From contig CAYGRZ010000001.1 of the NCBI GenBank assembly GCA_964352425.1, forward strand, positions 64,672-128,671: 64,000 bases of DNA, written 5' to 3'. How positions within the stretch are numbered: the stretch's first letter is position 1; each line of letters starts with the position of its first letter. The stretch comes from an uncultured Planctomycetia bacterium (GTDB taxonomy: Bacteria > Omnitrophota > Gorgyraeia > 2-01-FULL-45-10). This document shows positions 1 through 9,648 of this stretch, in pieces. The notes beneath the pieces are model-generated. The model had not been told where the DNA came from. It was given only the letters and a program-made list of their open reading frames with translations, and made no database searches. The position numbers and the translations under genes are program-made.

Positions 1-278
1 ACCGGCTGGCCAAAGAGATAGAGAAGGCGACCGGTTATGAAACGCGCTCGACCGTTTTTGGCCATATCCAGAGGGGCGGATCGCCGACCGCATACGACAG
101 GTACCTCGGCACACGTTTCGGGATAACGGCGATGGAGCTGGTGCTGGCCGGGAAGTACGGTTACATGGCAAGCCTGAAAGGCACCGACGTCGTCGGAGTG
201 CCGCTGCAGGATGCCGTCGGCACGTTGAAGACGGTCGACAGCACGATGTATGAGCTTGCCAGGACCTTCTTCGGATAA
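1..278 (+). CDS. pfkA: 6-phosphofructokinase, C-terminal part (5' truncated by window)
   Basis: Manual translation from position 3: ...ETRSTVFGHIQRGGSPTAYDR..., the PFK GHxQRGG motif; stop TAA at 276-278. Confidence 0.9.
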   Translation, partial: RLAKEIEKATGYETRSTVFGHIQRGGSPTAYDRYLGTRFGITAMELVLAGKYGYMASLKGTDVVGVPLQDAVGTLKTVDSTMYELARTFFG

Positions 279-289
279 AACGAGGTGGT

Positions 290-859
290 ATGAAAAAGAC
301 TATCGATGAGATCATTAAAGAGAGCCTGCAAGTAACGGAGAGCCTGTCGCAGAACTCTTCAGCGGCGATCGAGAAGGCGGCCGTCGCTATAATCGATTCG
401 CTGAAGGCCGGCGGCAAGGTCATCGTCTTCGGCAACGGCGGAAGCGCCGCCGACAGCCAGCATTTAGCTGCTGAGCTTGTCGGGCGCTTCAAGAAGGAGC
501 GCCGGCCGCTCGCGGCGCTGGCGCTGACGACGAACACGTCGACGCTGACGGCGGTGGCGAACGACTACAGCTTTGAGGCGGTATTTTCGCGGCAGATCGA
601 AGCGCTTGCCAAAAAAGGTGACATAGCGATCGGGATATCGACGAGCGGTAACTCGAGGAACGTGATCGAGGGCGTACGGATGGCGAAGGCCTATGCGCTG
701 ACCACGATCGCGCTCACCGGCTGTAGCGGCGGGATATTGAAAGAGCTGTGCGATATCTCGATCATAGCCGATTCCAATGATACCGCCAGGATCCAGGAAG
801 CGCACATAACCGTTATCCATATCATCTGCGAGCTGATCGAGAGATGGATGCTAAGATAA
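290..859 (+). CDS. gmhA: D-sedoheptulose 7-phosphate isomerase
   Basis: GNGGSAADSQH, STSGNS and RIQEAH motifs of the SIS domain. Confidence 0.95.
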   Translation: MKKTIDEIIKESLQVTESLSQNSSAAIEKAAVAIIDSLKAGGKVIVFGNGGSAADSQHLAAELVGRFKKERRPLAALALTTNTSTLTAVANDYSFEAVFSRQIEALAKKGDIAIGISTSGNSRNVIEGVRMAKAYALTTIALTGCSGGILKELCDISIIADSNDTARIQEAHITVIHIICELIERWMLR

Positions 860-1314
860 AAAGCCGCCGGGCGCTGGCAAAGATCATCGCGGGCCTGCGC
901 GCGCGCTCGAAAAGGATAGTCTTCACGAACGGGTGCTTCGACATCCTGCATGTCGGCCACATCGTGTACCTGAAGAAAGCCCGCGCGCTGGGAGACACGC
1001 TCGTCGTGGGCTTAAACAGCGACGCTTCGGTCCGCAGGATCAAAGGCAGGCAGAGACCGATAAACGCTCAGGCCGACAGGGCACAGATACTCGCGTCGCT
1101 CTATTTTGTCGATTACGTGACCGTCTTCGGCGAGCCGACCCCGGATACGCTGATACGGGCGCTGAAGCCCGACATCCTCGCCAAGGGCGCGGACTGGAAG
1201 GCGCCGGATATCGCCGGCGGCGACTTTGTACGGTCGTACGGCGGCCGCGTCGCGCGGATACCGCTGGTCAAAGGTTATTCGACGACGGCCACCATCAGGA
1301 AGCTGGGCTCATAG
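844..1314 (+). CDS. rfaE2: D-glycero-beta-D-manno-heptose 1-phosphate adenylyltransferase
   Basis: FTNGCFDILHVGH and VVGLNSDASV motifs; adjacent to gmhA. Confidence 0.92.
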   Translation: MDAKIKSRRALAKIIAGLRARSKRIVFTNGCFDILHVGHIVYLKKARALGDTLVVGLNSDASVRRIKGRQRPINAQADRAQILASLYFVDYVTVFGEPTPDTLIRALKPDILAKGADWKAPDIAGGDFVRSYGGRVARIPLVKGYSTTATIRKLGS

Positions 1315-1755
1315 ATGAAGCCGGGGCGGGATATCTACCGCATCATCGACGCGAACTTCAACCGGTCACGGGAAGGGTTGAGGGTCTGCGAGGACATCGC
1401 GCGTTTTATCATGAATCGGTCCTCGGTCTCGCGGGAACTGAAATCTCTGCGGCACGGGGTATCCGCGATCATCCGGTTGTCGCCGGCGACGGCAAAGATC
1501 CTCCTTGAGTCGCGCAGCGCCGCCAAGGATGTCGGACGGTCGATCAGGCTCAAGACCGAAGTCGAGCGCTCCGGCTATGCCGACATATTCGTGGCGAGCA
1601 TTCAGCGCGTGAAAGAAAGCTTGCGGGTATTGGAGGAGTTCTTTAAGTTGATAGACATAGAACTTGCGGTCAAATTATCTGACTTGCGCTTCAGGACATA
1701 TGACATCGAAAAAAAAGCTGTTAAGTCGCTCGCTTCTCTGCGTCATCGTCGATAA
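1315..1755 (+). CDS. Stand-alone ThiD2-like helical protein (homologous to the N-terminal domain of long cyanobacterial-type ThiE)
   Basis: RIIDANFNRSREGLRVCEDIARF and ESLRVLEEF motifs; directly precedes thiE. Confidence 0.8.
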   Translation: MKPGRDIYRIIDANFNRSREGLRVCEDIARFIMNRSSVSRELKSLRHGVSAIIRLSPATAKILLESRSAAKDVGRSIRLKTEVERSGYADIFVASIQRVKESLRVLEEFFKLIDIELAVKLSDLRFRTYDIEKKAVKSLASLRHRR

Positions 1756-2332
1756 AAGCTTTTGCGACGATGCCCGGGCGTGTTCTGTGGCAAGGAAGGC
1801 TGCCGCGGCTGGCGCGGACATGATACAGCTGAGAGGCAAGCGCGCCGAGACTGCAGCTCTAATAAGAACAGCGAAGCTCATTAAAAGGATCACAGGCCGT
1901 TACCGGATACCGCTCGTCATCAATGACCGGATCGATGTTGCGCTCGCCTCAGGTGCTGACGGGCTGCACATAGGATGCGGCGATATCAGCGCTGAAGCCG
2001 CGCGTAAACTGCTCGGCAGGGATGCGATCATCGGCATTTCTGCTGCAACCATCGGGCAGGCCAGGAGGGCGGTGCGGCAGGGCGCATCGTATATCGGCGC
2101 AGGACCGGTCTTCGCGACGCCGCTCAAGAAGGCCAAGCCAGCGGCCGGTATACGGCTTCTCAACAGGCTGCGAGGGTTCAGCGTGCCGGTCGTCGCGATC
2201 GGCGGTATTAGTGCTAAGAATATATACAAGCTTACTGAGCAGGGCTTTAATAAAGTAGCGGTTATCCGGGCTGTGATGAATTCGCGTGATCCGTTAGGCG
2301 CGGCCAGAAGATTGAAAGAGGCTTTGACATAA
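1700..2332 (+). CDS. thiE: Thiamine-phosphate synthase
   Basis: IQLRGK, INDRIDVA, GLHIG and VAIGGI motifs; ATG at 1700 chosen as start. Confidence 0.9.
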   Translation: MTSKKKLLSRSLLCVIVDKSFCDDARACSVARKAAAAGADMIQLRGKRAETAALIRTAKLIKRITGRYRIPLVINDRIDVALASGADGLHIGCGDISAEAARKLLGRDAIIGISAATIGQARRAVRQGASYIGAGPVFATPLKKAKPAAGIRLLNRLRGFSVPVVAIGGISAKNIYKLTEQGFNKVAVIRAVMNSRDPLGAARRLKEALT

Positions 2333-3619
2333 ATGACACAGCTGGAGATGGCACGAGCCGGCAGGATATCCGCCGAGATGCGCCGCGTAGCGAAAGACGA
2401 AGCCTTAAGCGTCGAGTTCATCCGTCGCGGCATTGCGGCAGGGCGCATCGTCATCCCGAAGAACTGTCTTCGCCGCGTCGCGAAACCATGCGGCATAGGC
2501 TCAGGTCTCAAGACGAAGATCAACGCGAATATCGGGACGTCGAAAGGCCAGTCGAATATAGCGCGAGAGCTCAGGAAGATGGATGCCGCGGTCGGGCTGG
2601 GCTCCGATACGATAATGGACCTCTCGACCGGTAGAGACATAGCCGGGACCAGGCGCAGGATACTTCGAGCGGCAACGGTGCCGGTCGGCACGGTCCCTAT
2701 TTACGAGATCGTGATAAACGGCCTTAAGAAATACGGCCGTATAAAGGATATCACTGTCGCTGAGATGCTCGCCGTATTGGAGGTACAGGCCAAAGACGGC
2801 GTCGACTTCTTCACGATCCACGCAGGCGTCGTTCGTAGTGCGCTCGCTTCTTTGCGCGCCAACCCAAGGCTGCTCGATATCGTAAGCAGGGGCGGCGCAT
2901 TCCTCGCGCAGTGGATGATAGAGAACGCTCAGGAGAACCCGTTTTACACGCGTTTTGACGCCGTCATCGATATCGCGAGAAAATATGACGTCACGCTGAG
3001 CCTGGGCGACGGCCTGAGGCCGGGCGCCATCGCCGATGCAACCGACTGCCCGCAGGTCCTGGAACTGCTCACGCTGGGCCAGCTGCAGAAGAAGGCGACC
3101 AGGAGGGGCGTACAGGTCATGATAGAAGGCCCCGGCCACGTTCCACTCAATCAGATCGAGGCGAATGTTGTGATGGAGAAGGCGCTCTGTAGCGGCGCCC
3201 CGTTCTATGTGCTCGGACCGCTCGTCACAGATATCGCGCCCGGCTACGACCATATCACCGCGGCCATAGGCGGCGCGCTCGCGGGCGCGAAAGGCGCCGA
3301 CTACCTGTGTTATGTGACGCCGGCTGAACACCTGCGGCTGCCGACGCTTGACGATGTAAAAGAGGGCGTGATCGCGACCAAGATAGCCGCTCACGCGGCG
3401 GACGTCGCGAAGGGGCTGAAAGGCGCCATCGACCGTGATATCGCCATATCGAAAGCGCGCCGCGCGCGGGACTGGAAGCGACAGTTCGCGCTCGCGATAG
3501 ACAAGGTTAAGCCGACAAAGTACAGACGCTCGTCGCGGCCGGGCAGCAAAGACGTATGTACCATGTGCGGCGAATACTGCTCCATCAAAGTCGCCGATAC
3601 GTGTTTTGGGAGGAAATAA
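2333..3619 (+). CDS. thiC: Phosphomethylpyrimidine synthase
   Basis: KINANIGTS, MDLSTG, VSRGG, EGPGHVP and C-terminal CTMCGEYC motifs. Confidence 0.95.
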   Translation: MTQLEMARAGRISAEMRRVAKDEALSVEFIRRGIAAGRIVIPKNCLRRVAKPCGIGSGLKTKINANIGTSKGQSNIARELRKMDAAVGLGSDTIMDLSTGRDIAGTRRRILRAATVPVGTVPIYEIVINGLKKYGRIKDITVAEMLAVLEVQAKDGVDFFTIHAGVVRSALASLRANPRLLDIVSRGGAFLAQWMIENAQENPFYTRFDAVIDIARKYDVTLSLGDGLRPGAIADATDCPQVLELLTLGQLQKKATRRGVQVMIEGPGHVPLNQIEANVVMEKALCSGAPFYVLGPLVTDIAPGYDHITAAIGGALAGAKGADYLCYVTPAEHLRLPTLDDVKEGVIATKIAAHAADVAKGLKGAIDRDIAISKARRARDWKRQFALAIDKVKPTKYRRSSRPGSKDVCTMCGEYCSIKVADTCFGRK

Positions 3620-3885
3620 ATTTTTCGGCTACCCGGGGCGGTGAACTTTTGGGCACTCGCCTCCGGCTGAGGATCGCGAAAATCTTCCGGGTCCTGCCGC
3701 TCGGTCGCCTTTCGGCGCTCGCGCGGGGTTCACAAGCGATGAGCTGACAGGCGGGTGTCTGTACTGCCCCATCCCGCGCTTCGCACCTCAAGGCTGGACC
3801 GAGCGTCACCCGTAAGATTTTCGCCTGCATATGATGATATCGGCAGTGCACAAAAGTTCCGCCACTCGAGGAAGCCGAATAATTT
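3620..3885. repeat. Composite palindromic intergenic repeat: outer element A with nested element B (3676-3824)
   Basis: Outer arms aacttttgggcac / gtgcacaaaagtt; inner arms aaaatcttccgggt / acccgtaagatttt; both elements recur at 11276-11657. Confidence 0.8.
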
Positions 3886-3951
3886 CTAAGAGTGGCTGAA
3901 GAATTGCTCCAGATACCGTCTCGGCTGTGAGGATGCTATAGGAGAAGTGAT

Positions 3952-4188
3952 ATGCCAGGGTATAGAGCTGATCCAGAAGAGATAAAAAAGGTGTTTTTAA
4001 TAGTTATTGGCATTTTCTTTTTTATAATAGGCGTTTTTTTTATTTTGCAACTTACCGGAGTTGCAAATATGGAGATATTTCGTAGTTCCGGTTTGGACTG
4101 GCTAAGAATTCTCTTATTTGTAATCGTAGTTATTCTGATTCTTTCTTTAGTATTTGGTATTTTGAAGAAGTTGTACGGTGATGAATAG
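3952..4188 (+). CDS. Small two-TM membrane protein in AT-rich DNA
   Basis: 78-aa ORF with AGGAG RBS and two hydrophobic segments. Confidence 0.6.
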   Translation: MPGYRADPEEIKKVFLIVIGIFFFIIGVFFILQLTGVANMEIFRSSGLDWLRILLFVIVVILILSLVFGILKKLYGDE

Positions 4189-4287
4189 CAAGGGGAGTGG
4201 CCATCCCGCGATAGAAGGGAAGTTTCTAGTATTTGAGATGGTCGCAGGCGGCGGGACTTTTGCGCGAAGCCTGAAGCGGCGAATTTA

Positions 4288-4535
4288 AGACCTATGCCGA
4301 TGTTATGTGAGCACAATGAAAATGTTAGGTCTTTTGTGAAGAAGAAAAAGGGTTATATATAAGGATTTTTCCATATTAAAAGAACCGAGGATGCCCGAGG
4401 CCGCTTCCATGCGGCCGAGTTCCGCAGGTTCCCCTTTTTCGACTGAGCAAAAGACCGACCTCGAGCGAAGCGAGAGGGAACATTTTCGCTGCCACCTTTT
4501 AGGAGGCTTGTGCGAACATAGCGAGGCATAGGTCT
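4288..4535. repeat. Nested palindromic intergenic element
   Basis: Terminal inverted repeat agacctatgcc / ggcataggtct; inner pairs gaaaatgtt / aacattttc and ggtcttttg / caaaagacc. Confidence 0.6.
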
Positions 4536-4556
4536 GGAAACAAAAAAAGGATAGCG

Positions 4557-5456
4557 ATGAGCATTCTGGTAATAGGATCGGTGGCGCTTGATTCGGTGCA
4601 GACGCCATTCGGGAAAAAGACGGAAGTGCTCGGAGGGTCGGCGACGTTCTTCTCTCTCGCGGCATCATTCTTCAACAAGGTCGATATCGTGGCGACCGTC
4701 GGCGAGGACTTCCCGAAGCGGTACGTGACGATGTTCAGGAACAAGGGGATAGGTACCGTTGGGCTTACCGTATCGAAAGGCGAGACCTTCAGATGGAAGG
4801 GCCGCTACGACTACGATCTGAATACCGCGCACACGATATCGACGCACCTCAACGTATTCAGGGACTTCGACCCGCAGGTCCCCAGGCACCTGCGCTCGCC
4901 CGATTTCCTGTTCCTGGCAAACATTGACCCGGACCTTCAATACCGGGTTCTGCAGCAGGTCAAGCGCCCCCGGCTTGTCGCGTGCGATTCGATGAATTAC
5001 TGGATAGCCACGAAGCGCAAATCGCTCGAGCGGCTGCTCGACAAGATCGACATCCTGCTCCTGAACGACGCCGAGGCGCGGCAGCTGAGCGGTGAATCCA
5101 ACCTGATCAGGGCCGCGCGGCTCGTCATATCGTTCGGGCCGAAGGCGGTCATCATCAAGCGGGGAGAGCACGGCGTCCTTTACTTCTCCAAGAAAGCCCA
5201 TTTCGTTGCGCCGGCATACCTTCTCGATACGATATGCGATCCCACTGGCGCAGGCGATACGTTCGCGGGCGGCATGATGGGTTATTTAAGCAGGTCGAAG
5301 GTTGTAGATGACGCACGCATCAGGAAGAGCATCATTTACGGGAGCATCATGGCTTCGTTCACTGTCGAGGATTTCAGCGTAAACAGGCTCCTCGAGATAT
5401 CGAAGAAGGACATACGGGGCCGGTTCGATCATTTCAGGAGCATAACGAAATATTAA
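4557..5456 (+). CDS. PfkB-family carbohydrate/nucleoside kinase
   Basis: GGSATF N-terminal motif and DPTGAGDTFAGG signature. Confidence 0.9.
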   Translation: MSILVIGSVALDSVQTPFGKKTEVLGGSATFFSLAASFFNKVDIVATVGEDFPKRYVTMFRNKGIGTVGLTVSKGETFRWKGRYDYDLNTAHTISTHLNVFRDFDPQVPRHLRSPDFLFLANIDPDLQYRVLQQVKRPRLVACDSMNYWIATKRKSLERLLDKIDILLLNDAEARQLSGESNLIRAARLVISFGPKAVIIKRGEHGVLYFSKKAHFVAPAYLLDTICDPTGAGDTFAGGMMGYLSRSKVVDDARIRKSIIYGSIMASFTVEDFSVNRLLEISKKDIRGRFDHFRSITKY

Positions 5457-5485
5457 AGCGGTCTGCTGTGCGGGCGAGCGTAGTT

Positions 5486-5530
5486 TCCGCCTTCGCCTTT
5501 TCTTGTTAGGCTGCGAGAGGCTTCGGCGGA
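5486..5530. repeat. Partial copy of palindromic element D
   Basis: tccgccttcgcc...ggcttcggcgga, matching 6481-6524. Confidence 0.65.
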
Positions 5531-5592
5531 CTTCGCCATGAATAGAGTGATGTGGGGTTTAGGCTTGCACACTATGCTATTGAAATATTTAA

Positions 5593-5666
5593 GCGAGCGT
5601 AGTTCAATGGTAGAATACTAGCTTCCCAAGCTAGATACGGGGGTTCGATTCCCCTCGCTCGCTCCA
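5593..5666 (+). tRNA. tRNA-Gly (CCC)
   Basis: Acceptor stem GCGAGCG/CGCTCGC, anticodon arm CTAGC-TT CCC AA-GCTAG, GTTCGATTC T-loop and encoded CCA. Confidence 0.97.
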
Positions 5667-5681
5667 GTTTTACCGAAAGAG

Positions 5682-6428
5682 ATGAAGATGAAGGTAATTA
5701 TTATTATAGTGTCGGCCCTTGCGCTCGCCGGATGCGCGACGACACACCAGCGCACATACACCTGCGCTACGCCGGTGTATTCCCATGAATACGACTCGGT
5801 GAACCTCGCTCCGACTGTCGGGGGCCTCCAGCCGATGGCGCCTGCGCAAGTTCGTCATACCGTACGGCCCGGCGAGACGCTCTGGGGCATCTCGAAGGCA
5901 TATGATGTCGATCTCGACGACCTCGTGAAGGCTAACTCGATAAAGGATACAGGCTCGATCGAAAAAGGTCAGATCCTGGCCATACCCGGCAGGGCGCGGT
6001 CCGGGCCTGTAGCAAGGGCCGCCACGACCACCTATGCGCGGTCACGATCCGCGGTCTCTTTTGTCTGGCCGGTAAAGGGCGCTGTTCTGTCCCGTTTCGG
6101 ATCGACCGCCGACAAGGTCGTGAATAAAGGCATCGATATCAAAGCGAATGAAGGCTCAGGCGTTGCCGCCTCCCGGGAGGGGAAGGTCGTGTTTTGCGAT
6201 GAATATCTGAAAGGGTTCGGCAAGACCGTCATCATAGACCATATGGACGGCTACCAGACGGTCTACTCCTATAATTCTGATATTACCGTCAGGGTCGGCG
6301 ACACGGTCCGGCAGCGGGATGTGATCGCAAAGGTCGGTTCAAGCGGCCGCGCCCGGGTGTCGATGCTCCATTTCGAGATACGCAGGAACGGGGAGCCGCA
6401 GAACCCGGAGTTTTATCTGACGAAATAG
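5682..6428 (+). CDS. LysM + M23-fold lipoprotein (NlpD-like)
   Basis: Lipobox LAGC; LysM HTVRPGETLWGIS; M23 LHFEIR with degenerate metal ligands (NKGIDI, YSY), as in NlpD. Confidence 0.88.
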   Translation: MKMKVIIIIVSALALAGCATTHQRTYTCATPVYSHEYDSVNLAPTVGGLQPMAPAQVRHTVRPGETLWGISKAYDVDLDDLVKANSIKDTGSIEKGQILAIPGRARSGPVARAATTTYARSRSAVSFVWPVKGAVLSRFGSTADKVVNKGIDIKANEGSGVAASREGKVVFCDEYLKGFGKTVIIDHMDGYQTVYSYNSDITVRVGDTVRQRDVIAKVGSSGRARVSMLHFEIRRNGEPQNPEFYLTK

Positions 6429-6440
6429 TAACGGTTGTAC

Positions 6441-6537
6441 ATCCTCCTTCGCCTGTGCATGTGATTGAGGGAGATTGGCTTCCGCCTTCGCCGTCACGCC
6501 TGGACCGGATGAGGCTTCGGCGGACAGGTCGGCGGAT
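6441..6537 (-). repeat. Palindromic element D (full copy, reverse orientation)
   Basis: Reverse complement reads atccgccgac..tccgccgaagcc-var-ggcgaaggcggaagccaatc-var-ggcgaaggaggat, matching 38346-38445 and 43563-43659. Confidence 0.8.
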
Positions 6538-6567
6538 GATTTCACCGGAATAAATTATGAGGAAATC

Positions 6568-8199
6568 ATGTTTAGCGAACCGGTAGTGGGACAGGATTTT
6601 TTCGGCCGTGAAGAAGTGCTCGAGATACTGAATAAGAGGGTGCTCGCCCTGAAGGACGGCTACAGGCAGAACGTCGCGCTGACCGGCCAGAGCCTCGCCG
6701 GCAAATCATCGATCATCCTTCATTTCCTGCACACGATACAGGAAGAGGGCTTTATACCCATCTATGTGGAAGTGGTCAGGGAGCCGTTCCGGTCATTCGC
6801 GAACAAATTTATCGCGACGATGCTCTTCCACGCCATGCTGAAGAAGGGCGAACAGCCTGCCTCGGACCTGGCCTCCCTGCTGGAGACCGGCCAGGATGTG
6901 CTCCCGAAGACCTCATCCGCGATAAAGCAGGTGAGCGCCTATATCGAGCGCGGGGAATGCGAAACCGCGTATCAGTCGCTCCTCGAACTCACCTCGGTCC
7001 TGAAGGCCGAGCTCGGAACCCCGTGCATTGTCATACTGGACGAATTCGACAATCTCGAAGGCCTCGGCATAAAGAACCCGTTCCTGAGTTTCGGCAAGGT
7101 CATCATGGTCCAGAAGGACACGATGTATATAGTCTCGAGCTCCCGGAACCTTGCGATAAAGAAGATCATCTCCGAAAAGCTCTCGCTCCTTTTCGGGAAC
7201 TTCGAGGTCGTCAAGGTCGAAAATTACGGTATTAAGGTATCCTGCGATTTTCTCCATACAAGGCTCGGCGGGTTCGAAATCGATGAGTTTGCGAAGAAGT
7301 TCCTGATAGCCTTCACCGACGGCAACCCCTTCTACCTGAGCAGGATGGCGGGCCTGTTGAAAGAGACGGCTATCGGGCGCATGACGAGCCTGATAGACGC
7401 CGATATGGTTTCCGACGCGATACTCGAGCTCGTCTATAACTCGAACGGCACGATCCACCAGTATTTGATGAACTACATCCTCGAGCTGCTCGACACCAGG
7501 ACGAGGGACTACCATATAGCGATACTCGTGGCTATAGCCGGCGGCTGTAACAAGCATGCCGATATTGCCAGGCTCATCAGGACGACCCAGCGCGATGTGA
7601 TAGCCTCTCTCTCGCGCCTCTGCGAGCAGGGGCTGGTTTCCAAGAACGGCGTATTCTACGCGATTGACGATGTGATGCTCGAGTTCTGGCTCAAATACGT
7701 CTACCAGAGGAAGAAGGATCTCCTCGTCGACGGCGCGTTCGACAAGACGGCGCTCTTCAGGGAAGAGATCAAGGCCTATATGGCCTCGTTCGCGCAGGAA
7801 TACGGGATGAGCATCACCGCGCGTGTCGCCAGGCTTTTCAACCTGTTCTCGAACGAGCTCGTGCAGCTCGAATCGAAGAGCGCGAGGCTGCCGCACTTCA
7901 CCAAGGTCGAGGCGAAATCTTTTGCGGACGCTACGCACTACGTCGCGGCATCTTTCAGGGGGAATTTCTGGATAACGCAGGTCTTCGAGCGGGATGTGAA
8001 TGAAAATGACATCGTCTCATTCATACGGAACGTCAAGGGCCTGAACTGCACAATATCCAACAAGCTTTTAATATCGCTGAAGGGTATGGATGAGAACACA
8101 AAACTCCTTGCCAAGGAGCTGAAAATATCGATCTGGGACAGCCGCACCCTGAACAATCTGCTGAACCTCTACCGGATGAAAAGGATCATCATGCCGTGA
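6568..8199 (+). CDS. Archaeal-type AAA/P-loop ATPase with winged helix and probable degenerate C-terminal nuclease-like domain
   Basis: FFGREE motif, Walker A GQSLAGKS, Walker B ILDEF and GNPFYL. Confidence 0.75.
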   Translation: MFSEPVVGQDFFGREEVLEILNKRVLALKDGYRQNVALTGQSLAGKSSIILHFLHTIQEEGFIPIYVEVVREPFRSFANKFIATMLFHAMLKKGEQPASDLASLLETGQDVLPKTSSAIKQVSAYIERGECETAYQSLLELTSVLKAELGTPCIVILDEFDNLEGLGIKNPFLSFGKVIMVQKDTMYIVSSSRNLAIKKIISEKLSLLFGNFEVVKVENYGIKVSCDFLHTRLGGFEIDEFAKKFLIAFTDGNPFYLSRMAGLLKETAIGRMTSLIDADMVSDAILELVYNSNGTIHQYLMNYILELLDTRTRDYHIAILVAIAGGCNKHADIARLIRTTQRDVIASLSRLCEQGLVSKNGVFYAIDDVMLEFWLKYVYQRKKDLLVDGAFDKTALFREEIKAYMASFAQEYGMSITARVARLFNLFSNELVQLESKSARLPHFTKVEAKSFADATHYVAASFRGNFWITQVFERDVNENDIVSFIRNVKGLNCTISNKLLISLKGMDENTKLLAKELKISIWDSRTLNNLLNLYRMKRIIMP

Positions 8200-8678
8200 A
8201 GATACTCGTCATTTCCGATACGCATATCCCGAGAGTGGCCCAGGACCTTCCTCAAAGCATCTATGATCAGATCGCGAAGGTCGATATGATCCTTCACGCC
8301 GGAGATTTTGTCGACGAAGACGTCCTGGTAAAATTGAAGAAGCTTAAAACGACGCATGCCGTCTATGGCAACATGGATTCGATCGTGCTTCGCCGCACGC
8401 TGAAGGCCAAGGAGGTCATTATGGCGGGCAAATTCAGGATAGGGTTGATACACGGTTACGGGGCGCCGCGCGATCTCTTAGATACGGTACGCTCGGAGTT
8501 CGGCACCGTTGACGCTATAGTCTTCGGCCATTCACATACGGCCGTGAGCACCATCAAGGACGGGATACTGTTCTTTAATCCGGGCAGCCCGACCGACACG
8601 ATATTCGCCGCCACAAATTCTTACGGCATCCTGGACGTGACCGACAAAAAGATAGAAGGCAGCATCGTCACATTATGA
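8196..8678 (+). CDS. Metallophosphoesterase, YfcE/MJ0936 family
   Basis: SDTH, HAGD, GNMD, GHSH and NPGS motifs. Confidence 0.9.
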   Translation: MKILVISDTHIPRVAQDLPQSIYDQIAKVDMILHAGDFVDEDVLVKLKKLKTTHAVYGNMDSIVLRRTLKAKEVIMAGKFRIGLIHGYGAPRDLLDTVRSEFGTVDAIVFGHSHTAVSTIKDGILFFNPGSPTDTIFAATNSYGILDVTDKKIEGSIVTL

Positions 8679-9499
8679 GAAAAAGAGAGATCCCCGTATT
8701 TACAATCGAGGGCCAGACACTGCCGGAGGTATGGGAAAAAGCGGTCATAGCGACATGGAACGGCGGGGCCGATATCAAGACCGAATATGACAAGCCCGAT
8801 GACCCGGCGAGCAAGGATTCGACGATGATCATGGTCATCAACGATCCGATGAAAGAGCCCCGGATCCACCGCGCGTTCCCCGGAGGGCTTGAGGACCTCG
8901 AGGTCTACAGGCAGGAGGTCGTCTCGGGGATCCATGACCACTGGATTGCCCCGGAAGAGGGTAAGTGGACATACACCTACCACCAGCGGCTGGCGAACTT
9001 TCCGATCGAAGGCGAACATGTCGACCAGCTGGACTACATAATAAGGAAGCTCTCTGCCACACCGTATACGAGAAGGGCGCAGGGGATAACATGGAATCCG
9101 AAATGCGATCCGGTCACCGACGACCCGCCGTGCCTGCAAAGGATATGGTGCCGGCTCGTACAGCAGGATGACGGCTCTTACTCGCTCGACATGAACACCC
9201 ACTGGCGGTCACGTGACGCCTACAAGGCGAGCTTCATGAACATATTCGCGCTGACCGACCTCCAGAGGGCGATGGCCGGCGAAATATCGAAGAGATTGGG
9301 CCGGGTAGTTTCCGTCGGCAGGTACGTCGATATAAGCGACAGCTTCCATATCTACGGCAGCTACTTCGACGATTTCAAGAATTTCCTGAAGATGGCTACC
9401 GAGAGGACGTTCGATGAGAAGACGTGGCCGACCGAGTTTGCCGAGCCGTTCTTTGAGGACGCGAGGATAAAGCTCGAAAAAGAAAAGCAGGGAGTATAA
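8675..9499 (+). CDS. Thymidylate synthase-like protein (archaeal-type)
   Basis: YTYHQRL, TRRAQ, catalytic PPCL, RSRD...N and SFHIY motifs. Confidence 0.8.
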   Translation: MRKREIPVFTIEGQTLPEVWEKAVIATWNGGADIKTEYDKPDDPASKDSTMIMVINDPMKEPRIHRAFPGGLEDLEVYRQEVVSGIHDHWIAPEEGKWTYTYHQRLANFPIEGEHVDQLDYIIRKLSATPYTRRAQGITWNPKCDPVTDDPPCLQRIWCRLVQQDDGSYSLDMNTHWRSRDAYKASFMNIFALTDLQRAMAGEISKRLGRVVSVGRYVDISDSFHIYGSYFDDFKNFLKMATERTFDEKTWPTEFAEPFFEDARIKLEKEKQGV

Positions 9500-9501
9500 T
9501 G

Positions 9502-9632
9502 AGTAAAGAACAAAGTACAGAGAACAGAGTCAAAAGTACAGCTAATTATCGTTTAGAATCTGTTCATTTGGCCTTGTCTGTTCTTTGTTCTTTTTGATAT
9601 GTTTGTACTTTGTATTTTGTGATTTGTACTTT
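9502..9632. repeat. Inverted arrays of degenerate heptamers
   Basis: AGAACAA AGTACAG AGAACAG AGTCAAA AGTACAG followed by complementary CTGTTCT TTGTTCT / TTGTACT TTGTATT TTGTGAT TTGTACT. Confidence 0.7.
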
Positions 9633-9648
9633 AAACGAGGAGTTTAGT

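Noticed and set aside
5593-5700. Prophage or island integrated at tRNA-Gly
   Set aside because: No integrase nearby and no duplicate of the tRNA 3' end seen
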